Source of the DNA: an uncultured Methanosarcinaceae archaeon
Lineage (GTDB): Archaea; Halobacteriota; Methanosarcinia; Methanosarcinales; Methanosarcinaceae
NCBI GenBank assembly: GCA_963847185.1
Contig: CAWJYV010000008.1
Coordinates: 288,001-352,000 of the forward strand
Reading direction: 5' to 3'
Length of the DNA: 64,000 nt
Below are positions 43,267-50,450 of the stretch, piece after piece. How positions within the stretch are numbered: position 1 is the first letter of the stretch; each line of letters opens with the position of its first letter. The notes under the pieces are model-generated. The model was not told where the DNA came from, searched no databases, and saw only the letters and a program-made list of their open reading frames with translations. The position numbers and the translations under genes are program-made.

Positions 43267-44942
43267 AGAATATATTCTTCTAAGTGTTTCTAGAAGGTGG
43301 ATTTGCTGCATGGCTTAATAAAAACGAACTTTTTAAAAACTTTGGCTGCAATTGTATATTTTGAAAAAGTAACTTTTATTACTTTTCTGCATGCTGACTG
43401 AAAAAGACAATGCCAGTGTCATTGAACTTAAAGCCTCAACTCCTAAAGTCTATCATAAATATAAAGAAGCACATATCTCAGGAGCGATCTTTTGGAAATG
43501 CATCTCCACTTTGTAGTGATTAAAATAACAGGACTACCCTGTTTTAAATGGATATAGGCCGCTTCTGAGGTCATCTGCGCTGAATCTGAAGGCAATTCTG
43601 AAGGATAGTTTGAAGAATAGACCTTTTGCCTGAGACAAGCTCAATTGTACTGTTTATGCTATGAATCTAATTATTACAAGCTTTAAAGACACTCCATTGT
43701 GATCAGTTGATACTTTAAGGGACCTATATCCTTGCGCAGACCTAATGTCTGTTTATTTAAGTAATCCCATCTCTTTCGCATGTCTTTTTCTCCCTTTTCT
43801 GAGATCCATTATTATCTTGTCTCAAAGTCAAATTTCTTAAAAGAATATTATCACAGAACTTTGCCATATCTGGAATGCAAACTGGTTTTGACTATGAAAG
43901 GTGTTTATATGTAACTTTTATTAACCTAGCTGTAAGCACCTTTTTTAGATATGATATAAGTCAAGGTCATCTCTCATTATACGGTTGATGTTTTCATGGT
44001 TAATTTTCCGATGTAGAAATGCTTATATTTTGTGCATTAAAGCACGTCTACTATAACACACTGAATCATCTTACCAAACTGCAAAAAAGATATGATGCGA
44101 CACTAGGAGTGTTTTGGGATATAACATCAACCAACTAATAGTGCACGATCAAAGTCAATTATAACTCGAAATAAAGTGCAAAGCGCTTATATCCAGACTT
44201 ATTCTACTTCGCCATTAAAATAGTAATTTAAGGACTGAAATTACTTATGAAAATTATTACCTTCTATATTTTTACTGACACTCTACGTCAATTTTCTAAC
44301 ATATAATTTTCTTAATATATAACCTTATATATTCTCAAAAGCATCTGATTTCAGTGTTCTCTCTTTCTCGTTTTTAATATCTAATTATATCTAATAAAGT
44401 AAAGTTTATTCCTAAAGTACATAATATTATAGGGTTTACTAATGGCTCTCGGTGCGTTTTTATGGTGACGAAATATGGAGCCAAAAGTACAAGACTTTTA
44501 GATTTCGATTTTAAAGTTTCAAGCGTAAACATGATTAAGAAAAATAAATTTAAATAAAGATAAGAATTAATTGGAATGTTAAATTTGAAGGAAAAAAACT
44601 CTTCTCCATGATAGTTGGATTGCACATGATGGAGAAATCCCAGGATCTGCATTTGTTGGATGATTCGAGGTCTGATATTTCGTAAAAAAAAAGATACTTG
44701 CAAAATAAATATATGATCTTCTTTATCTATAATTCTAGGACTATTTTCTGCTTTTTTTAGTAAAATCATTCATTTTAGTACCTATAAATTAATTAAGCTG
44801 ATAGATTGAGTTTATTTTTTCCTTTTATCATTTAATTTTTCCTATTTTGCCAAAAAAAAGGTTAAAGACTTTCTTTTATATACAATTTAAAATAATTTCT
44901 GAAATATTTCTTTATTTTGGAAGTGCTTCCTCTTTTTCCCGA

Positions 44943-44972
44943 TAAATAGTTCCTGATTTTCGGAACTATTTA
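44943..44972. promoter_or_regulatory. Perfect 11-bp inverted repeat upstream of the plus-strand peptide array
   Basis: TAAATAGTTCC-N8-GGAACTATTTA, about 28 bp upstream of TTATATAA. Confidence 0.5.
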
Positions 44973-44990
44973 GTGATAAGTAAAAATTAT

Positions 44991-45036
44991 TCTATATGCT
45001 TTATATAAATTAAAGATATATGTTTATATATACTCA
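44991..45036 (+). promoter_or_regulatory. Putative promoter of the plus-strand peptide array
   Basis: TCTATATGCTTTATATAAATTA...ACTCA, similar to the minus-array upstream region. Confidence 0.45.
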
Positions 45037-45229
45037 TCTGCAAGGAAATATTTAGATATGTTAATCCAAAAAAGTAATACCTCATTGTAATATATTTTTG
45101 GATCTGAATTGTAGTGAGTATCGCATATTTGTGGGAATATAATACATTGGTATAGAAAACATATGTATATGTTTTCTCAAAGGTTGCGAAAAAGGAATAA
45201 TCAGAGATAAAACTTTAGGGAGGGATATA

Positions 45230-45322
45230 ATGTTTGCATATGATTTCTTTGTGAACTTTGCTTTGATTTCAGCATACAAAGCAACAGTCTGTGCACAGAT
45301 TACCCAAGTAATTGTCGGGTAA
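45230..45322 (+). CDS. Family C peptide 1, 30 aa MFAYDFFVNFALISAYKATVCAQITQVIVG
   Basis: SD GGGAGGG; one of 4 paralogs with synonymous divergence. Confidence 0.85.
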   Translation: MFAYDFFVNFALISAYKATVCAQITQVIVG

Positions 45323-45404
45323 ATTAGATGGATAATAAGGAATTCACTCTCGAAGGATTTCCATTGTATTGTAGTGAGAACTATATTGAAAGGGGGAAAA
45401 TCAA

Positions 45405-45497
45405 ATGTTTGCATACGATTTTTTTGTTAATGTGGCTCTGATTAAAGCATACAAAGCAAAAGTTTGTGCAGAGATTACCCAAGTAATTATCGGGTAA
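45405..45497 (+). CDS. Family C peptide 2, 30 aa MFAYDFFVNVALIKAYKAKVCAEITQVIIG
   Basis: SD AGGGGG; paralog. Confidence 0.85.
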   Translation: MFAYDFFVNVALIKAYKAKVCAEITQVIIG

Positions 45498-45577
45498 ATT
45501 GAGACAAATAATAAGGATTCATTCTAGAAGATTTTACCATATTAAAATAGAGAATATACTGAAAGGAGGAAAATTAA

Positions 45578-45679
45578 ATGTATTGGTTTTCACAGGACTT
45601 TTTTGTTAATCTGGCCCTAGTTGACGCATACAAAGCAAAAGTTTACGCAGGAATTACACAGGTAATCGTCGAATTATAA
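45578..45679 (+). CDS. Family C peptide 3, 33 aa MYWFSQDFFVNLALVDAYKAKVYAGITQVIVEL
   Basis: SD AGGAGG; in-frame length variant. Confidence 0.85.
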   Translation: MYWFSQDFFVNLALVDAYKAKVYAGITQVIVEL

Positions 45680-45714
45680 GATTCACGTAAATAAACTTAA
45701 AGGAGGAAAATCAA

Positions 45715-45807
45715 ATGTTTGCATATGATTTCTTTGTCAATATAGCCCTGGTTAAAGCATGCAAGGCACAAGTTTACGCAGGAATTACCCAGGTAATCAT
45801 CGGATAA
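45715..45807 (+). CDS. Family C peptide 4, 30 aa MFAYDFFVNIALVKACKAQVYAGITQVIIG
   Basis: SD AGGAGG; paralog. Confidence 0.85.
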   Translation: MFAYDFFVNIALVKACKAQVYAGITQVIIG

Positions 45808-45984
45808 ATTAAAAAATACAAAAAATTGAATTGAGAGTTGCCTGTTTTACATGCAACTTTTTGGGTCTATAAAACAGTTTCAGTGGTTGCCTCTTAAAGA
45901 TATAATGGACAATCTCCTGGATTCGTTTGTCTTTAATTGGCGACCAATTAATCTATAGAGTTATAAATAAATGGGGGAAAAGTA

Positions 45985-46077
45985 ATGATAGTTTTACCAT
46001 CAATAAATATAAACATGGCGTGGGTATTCGTAATTCTTTCCAAGAATATCGGCGTTTTCATAAATCAGAATATCTAA
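45985..46077 (+). CDS. Family D peptide 1, 30 aa MIVLPSININMAWVFVILSKNIGVFINQNI
   Basis: SD GGGGGA; duplicated at 46228. Confidence 0.8.
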   Translation: MIVLPSININMAWVFVILSKNIGVFINQNI

Positions 46078-46227
46078 TTTAAATTAAAAAGTTGCATGTT
46101 TTGCATGCAATTCTTAGGCCGTAGTAATCTAATAGATATTCTAGATATGGACAAATCTCTGGATTCATTTGTCTTTAACTGATGACCAATTAATCCATAC
46201 GTTTAGAAAGAAATGGAGGGAGAAATA

Positions 46228-46320
46228 ATGATAGTCTTACCATCAATAAATATAAACATGGCATGGGTATTCGTAATTCTTTCAAGGAATATCGGCGTTT
46301 TCATAAATCAAAGCATCTAA
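46228..46320 (+). CDS. Family D peptide 2, 30 aa MIVLPSININMAWVFVILSRNIGVFINQSI
   Basis: SD GGAGGGAG; differs from copy 1 by synonymous changes plus K>R and N>S. Confidence 0.8.
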   Translation: MIVLPSININMAWVFVILSRNIGVFINQSI

Positions 46321-46329
46321 ATTTAATGA

Positions 46330-46354
46330 AAGTTGCATGTTTTGCATGCAACTT
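46330..46354 (+). terminator. Stem-loop with T-tract after the last plus-array gene
   Basis: AAGTTGCATG-TTTTG-CATGCAACTT followed by TTT. Confidence 0.55.
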
Positions 46355-48060
46355 TTTAGGTCGTAGTAATCTCAATAGCCATATCTTCTAGTATAATGGA
46401 CAAATTCCCTGGATTCATTTATCTAGAGTTGATGGCTATAGATTCTCTATTTACTTTCATGGCTTAGTTTTTTATCTTTCTCTGCGTTCACTAGACTTTT
46501 ATTCAATTAGATACAATTTTAAGGCTGTTATTTTGTCCTCTGGCGTGTTTCAAGATTGTATCAATATAATATTGTACTCGTTAAATATAATGTCTAATGA
46601 AATACAAATAAGAAACTGACATTAAAATGCAGTTAGTTAATTCGTTTTTTTCTTTGCCTATTTGCTGGTCGAAATTTCTCTATTTAATCCTACTATTTAT
46701 ATATACATATTTGCAAAATTAATCATGTCATAGCAGATAACCAAAACGTAAAGTAATGAAAAAATATAATTTTACACTTGAATAGTCTTCTACTTAAAGG
46801 TGAATATCTAAATTGAAATAAATTCAAAAATAGAAATTCAGTATGAGTCAGAAAAGTACTTCTCAAAGTATCCAAAGTTAGTATTAATAGCTTAATTTCA
46901 AATCTTTTAATTATTGTGTGTTTAATTTTTATATTCGAAATATCTATTAATCGAGTTATTTGGATACCTGAGTAGTTGTCAAAAGTTACTTGTGTATATT
47001 TAGGCGTTTTGGCATTTTAATCCAATTTTGGTGATATAATTAACTTCTCAACAATTTATTCTATTCTTATAAATGTCTGAAATTCCTCAGAGAGTTTCCT
47101 CCGATTTGTATGAATTTTATGCGTATAATCTGGATCATAATATTAATCTTTGTGTAACTGAAGTAAAGGAACATATAATCTTCTCCCCTTGTTTAATATA
47201 TCTCTTTTCATTTGTTTTAGTGCTTTCTTCTAATTGATAAATTGGATTTAAGATCCCCACATTATTTTTCTTTTTTTCACAATCGCTATTGCATCTCTAT
47301 TAGATCTTTTTAGTGATGTGTTAATCTTTTTAATCAACTCCTTATTAGATTACTACTCTTCGACATGTTTCTTGAAACTATGGTAAGTTCAAACTGCTAA
47401 ATTTATTTTGAATCAAATCATGGGCATCTTTTTCATTTGAGTCTGATAATTCTAATTGTCTAATCGAAGAGTTTCTATATACAGTTATATCATTAATTTA
47501 TATGTACTGTAGAGAACAATTACTCCTTACAATTTATAGTGTTTAAATATTTGAATACAGAATTCCTGCAGAGAAAAAAATTTTAAAATTTATTTTTTAA
47601 AAAATTAATAAATACATAGAATTTATATGTCTTTTTTGTTCTGCAATAATGTTAATTATGCGAAAATATTCGGGATGAAAAGTAAAGAATTAATGAAGAG
47701 AATCTTTATCTATAATCTAAAGTTAAATAAGAATATAAATTCGAAATATATAGGTGCAAGGGATAGCTCCCTCTATATTTTATGGAGTTATAAAAATTAC
47801 TTTAATTTATATTTCTCTAAGTAAAATTAATATTTTATAGGCTAACCAAGATATGTTCACTCTTTTCGAAGATATTTTAGTCTCGTCTTTTTATATAGTT
47901 CGCATCCCTGTCTAAATGTTGATAGTTTGTATATTCTTGAGGTTTATTTCATAGCCCAAAATCAGTGTGTTGAGAAGCAAACTTTTTAGTTTTTAAAATA
48001 AGTAATTCATTTAATATGTTTTTATTTATATATCTACATATTAATATATGTAGAAATTTA

Positions 48061-48085
48061 AAGTCGCCTGTTTTGCGGGCGACTT
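48061..48085. terminator. Stem-loop downstream of the minus-strand array
   Basis: AAGTCGCCTG-TTTTG-CGGGCGACTT; covarying homolog of 46330-46354. Confidence 0.5.
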
Positions 48086-48182
48086 CTTAATTTCTATTGT
48101 TGCGCATTGTCTATGATTATGAGTTATGCCACAAGCTTATGACTTATTTTATTCTCTCATAAATCTCTCTCATCTTGAGGCT

Positions 48183-48260
48183 TTAATCGCACTGAATGTA
48201 TCTGAACCATGTCTTATCAAAGGTCTTACTTACACAAAGATATTCAAACAGGATGGACAT
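48183..48260 (-). CDS. Family A peptide, 25 aa MSILFEYLCVSKTFDKTWFRYIQCD
   Basis: SD GGAGG; one of 10 paralogs. Confidence 0.85.
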   Translation of the reverse strand: MSILFEYLCVSKTFDKTWFRYIQCD

Positions 48261-48341
48261 TGAAACTTCCTCCATTATCTTTTTATCTGTTAGTCAGTTT
48301 TATTCATTAAGTTTCAATTAAATTTTAACCAGCTAATTTGG

Positions 48342-48419
48342 TTAAAATTCGAAGCAGAACTCTATACCAAGGCCTGCAACAGCTTTAAATAAGTTGGAAA
48401 GGTTAAATACAAATATCAT
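48342..48419 (-). CDS. Family B peptide, 25 aa MIFVFNLSNLFKAVAGLGIEFCFEF
   Basis: SD GGAGTGGGG; one of 4 paralogs. Confidence 0.82.
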   Translation of the reverse strand: MIFVFNLSNLFKAVAGLGIEFCFEF

Positions 48420-48464
48420 TTTATCCCCACTCCTTTTGGTTTTCTGGCGCTGAATTTGTGTATC

Positions 48465-48539
48465 TTAACACTGAATGTATCTGAACCACTCAAGGTTGTA
48501 AGTCTTACTAACACAGAGATATTCAAACAGGATGGACAT
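48465..48539 (-). CDS. Family A peptide, 24 aa MSILFEYLCVSKTYNLEWFRYIQC
   Basis: SD GAGGGAG; paralog. Confidence 0.85.
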   Translation of the reverse strand: MSILFEYLCVSKTYNLEWFRYIQC

Positions 48540-48596
48540 TGGAACTCCCTCTACTCTTTATTTTACTTGCGAATTTAACAACTCAGTTTTTATATC

Positions 48597-48671
48597 TTAA
48601 CACTGAATGTATCTGAACCACTCGAGGTTGTAGGTCTTGCTAATGCACAGGTATTCAAACAGTATGGACAT
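48597..48671 (-). CDS. Family A peptide, 24 aa MSILFEYLCISKTYNLEWFRYIQC
   Basis: SD GGGGGAG; paralog. Confidence 0.85.
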   Translation of the reverse strand: MSILFEYLCISKTYNLEWFRYIQC

Positions 48672-48755
48672 TTAAATCTCCCCCATTCTTTTTATGTGTA
48701 TTTTAGTCAGTTTTTATTAATTAAGTTTCAATTAAATTTTAACCAGCTAATTTGG

Positions 48756-48833
48756 TTAAAATTCGAAGCAGAACTCTATACCAAGGCCTGCAACAGCTTT
48801 AAATAAGTTGGAAAGGTTAAATACAAATATCAT
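48756..48833 (-). CDS. Family B peptide, 25 aa MIFVFNLSNLFKAVAGLGIEFCFEF
   Basis: SD GGGAGTGGAG; paralog. Confidence 0.82.
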   Translation of the reverse strand: MIFVFNLSNLFKAVAGLGIEFCFEF

Positions 48834-48877
48834 TTTATCTCCACTCCCTTTTGGTTTTCTGTCATTTAATTTGTGTT

Positions 48878-48952
48878 TTAACACTGAATGTATCTGAACC
48901 ATGTCATGTTAAAGGTCTTACTAACACAGAGATATTCGAACAGTATGGACAT
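48878..48952 (-). CDS. Family A peptide, 24 aa MSILFEYLCVSKTFNMTWFRYIQC
   Basis: SD AAAGGGA; paralog. Confidence 0.85.
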   Translation of the reverse strand: MSILFEYLCVSKTFNMTWFRYIQC

Positions 48953-49010
48953 TTCGATTCCCTTTACTCTTTATGTCGCTTGTGAACTCAACTGATTTAA
49001 TCTCGATCTC

Positions 49011-49085
49011 TTAACACTGAATGTATCTGAACCACTCGAGGTTGTAGGTCTTGCTAATGCACAGGTATTCAAACAGTATGGACAT
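49011..49085 (-). CDS. Family A peptide, 24 aa MSILFEYLCISKTYNLEWFRYIQC
   Basis: SD AGGAGAG; paralog. Confidence 0.85.
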   Translation of the reverse strand: MSILFEYLCISKTYNLEWFRYIQC

Positions 49086-49169
49086 TTAAATCTCTCCTAC
49101 TCTTTTTATGTTTATTTCAGTAAGTTTTTATTCATTAAGTCTCAATTAAATTTTAACCAACTAATTTGG

Positions 49170-49247
49170 TTAAAATTCGAAGCAGAACTCTATACCAAGG
49201 CCTGCAACAGCTTTAAAGAAGTTGTTAAGGTTAAATACAAATATCAT
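49170..49247 (-). CDS. Family B peptide, 25 aa MIFVFNLNNFFKAVAGLGIEFCFEF
   Basis: SD GGGGAGTGGAG; paralog. Confidence 0.82.
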   Translation of the reverse strand: MIFVFNLNNFFKAVAGLGIEFCFEF

Positions 49248-49293
49248 TTTATCTCCACTCCCCTTTGGTTTTTTGTCATTTAATTTGAGTATC

Positions 49294-49368
49294 TTAACAC
49301 TGAATGTATCTGAACCATGTCATGTCAAAGGTCTTGCTAACACAGAGATATTCAAATAGTATGGACAT
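49294..49368 (-). CDS. Family A peptide, 24 aa MSILFEYLCVSKTFDMTWFRYIQC
   Basis: SD GAGGAGGGA; paralog. Confidence 0.85.
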   Translation of the reverse strand: MSILFEYLCVSKTFDMTWFRYIQC

Positions 49369-49412
49369 TTCAATTCCCTCCTCTCTTTATGTCGCTTACG
49401 AGTTCAACTAAG

Positions 49413-49537
49413 AGCCTATCCGAAAAATGTTGTGAGCTACTGTAACTTTTGAAAGTGACAATATACACAACTTCACTAGCACTCGATAATATGACTCGTA
49501 ACTTCTCGAGATGCATTAATGACTTTTCGGATAGGCT
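49413..49537. mobile_element. 125-bp MITE inserted in an array spacer
   Basis: Perfect 14-bp TIRs AGCCTATCCGAAAA / TTTTCGGATAGGCT; absent from the equivalent spacer 48953-49010. Confidence 0.8.
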
Positions 49538-49555
49538 TCATTCATTTCCCGCAGT

Positions 49556-49633
49556 TTAGCAGCACTGAATGTATCTGAACCATGTCATGTTAAAGGTCTT
49601 GCTAACACAGAGATATTCGAACAGTATGGACAT
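49556..49633 (-). CDS. Family A peptide, 25 aa MSILFEYLCVSKTFNMTWFRYIQCC
   Basis: SD GGAGGGA; one extra in-frame Cys codon. Confidence 0.85.
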   Translation of the reverse strand: MSILFEYLCVSKTFNMTWFRYIQCC

Positions 49634-49691
49634 TTCAATTCCCTCCACTCTTTATTTTACTTGCTAATTCAACTAACTCAATTTTTAGATC

Positions 49692-49766
49692 TTAGCACTG
49701 AATGTATCTGAACCATGTCATGTTAAAGGTCTTGCTAACACAGAGATATTCGAACAGTATGGACAT
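49692..49766 (-). CDS. Family A peptide, 24 aa MSILFEYLCVSKTFNMTWFRYIQC
   Basis: SD GGAGGGA; paralog. Confidence 0.85.
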   Translation of the reverse strand: MSILFEYLCVSKTFNMTWFRYIQC

Positions 49767-49824
49767 TTCAATTCCCTCCACTCTTTATTTTACTTGCTAA
49801 TTCAACTAACTCAATTTTTAGATC

Positions 49825-49899
49825 TTAGCACTGAATGTATCTGAACCATGTCATGTTAAAGGTCTTGCTAACACAGAGATATTCGAACAGTATGGACAT
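49825..49899 (-). CDS. Family A peptide, 24 aa MSILFEYLCVSKTFNMTWFRYIQC
   Basis: SD GGAGGGA; paralog. Confidence 0.85.
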   Translation of the reverse strand: MSILFEYLCVSKTFNMTWFRYIQC

Positions 49900-49957
49900 T
49901 TCAATTCCCTCCACTCTTTATTTTACTTGCTAATTCAACTAACTCAATTTTTAGATC

Positions 49958-50035
49958 TTAGCAGCACTGAATGTATCTGAACCATGTCATGTTAAAGGTC
50001 TTGCTAACACAGAGATATTCGAACAGTATGGACAT
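49958..50035 (-). CDS. Family A peptide, 25 aa MSILFEYLCVSKTFNMTWFRYIQCC
   Basis: SD GGAGGGA; paralog. Confidence 0.85.
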   Translation of the reverse strand: MSILFEYLCVSKTFNMTWFRYIQCC

Positions 50036-50118
50036 TTCAATTCCCTCCACTCTTTTACTTTCTCTTTGCTTAATTTTGCCGTCAATTTAGACTGGATTCT
50101 AATCTAAACCATTTTTAG

Positions 50119-50190
50119 TTATTTGAAGTAGATTTGTACACCAAGGCCTGCAAATGCATTAAAGAAGTTTTTAATATTAACGAATAGCAT
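50119..50190 (-). CDS. Divergent family B peptide, 23 aa MLFVNIKNFFNAFAGLGVQIYFK (first gene of the array)
   Basis: SD GGGGAGGGAG; keeps NFFxAxAGLG with conservative substitutions. Confidence 0.8.
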   Translation of the reverse strand: MLFVNIKNFFNAFAGLGVQIYFK

Positions 50191-50405
50191 TTTCTCCCTC
50201 CCCATTTTGCATTTTTCCATGCTTATACATTCTCTTTTTCTATCCTTTTTGTATATTTTCAATAGAAAATACACTTATCAGGAATATTTGTACGAGGCTT
50301 TTTCTTAATCCCCTCGGTCGTTAATACCACTCTGGCAAATATCTTTTTATTATTAGGCGTTAATCTTTCGTTTTGGCCTCAAAAAGCCTAACTTTTGCTC
50401 GCCAG

Positions 50406-50450
50406 TGAGTGTATCTAACTATCTATACTAAATTATATAAGCCCTATAGA
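50406..50450 (-). promoter_or_regulatory. Putative promoter of the minus-strand peptide array
   Basis: Minus strand reads TCTATAGGGCTTATATAATTTA...ACTCA. Confidence 0.45.

Larger units (their letters stand above)
45836..46425 (+). repeat. About 245-bp tandem unit (two hairpins plus family D gene), 2 full copies and a third spacer
   Basis: Hairpin AGTTGC(A/C)TG-TTTT(G/A)-CATGCAA at 45836, 46090, 46331; ATGGACAA...TGGATTC...TCT at about 45905, 46147, 46396. Confidence 0.85.
48183..50190 (-). repeat. Tandem array of 14 micro-genes: 414-bp higher-order unit (about 3 copies) plus 133-bp unit (4 copies)
   Basis: Family B starts 48419/48833/49247 (period 414); family A starts 49633/49766/49899/50035 (period 133, 133, 136). 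Confidence 0.95.

Noticed and set aside
43400-44300. Possible decayed gene or transposase
   Set aside because: Only short stop-interrupted fragments in the part I translated; no family I can recognise without a search
45082-45414. 110-aa minus-strand ORF in the track
   Set aside because: Antisense shadow of the family C peptide genes
46900-47500. Possible minus-strand pseudogene between the arrays
   Set aside because: Protein-like fragments in shifting frames but no identifiable homology; needs BLASTx
48183-50190. CRISPR array
   Set aside because: Conserved units are 72-78 nt ORFs with SD sites and codon-position variation, the spacers resemble each other, and there are no cas genes
45230-50190. 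Type I toxin-antitoxin array
   Set aside because: Genes are tightly packed with exposed SD sites and no per-gene antisense promoter is evident; not fully excluded without stranded RNA-seq
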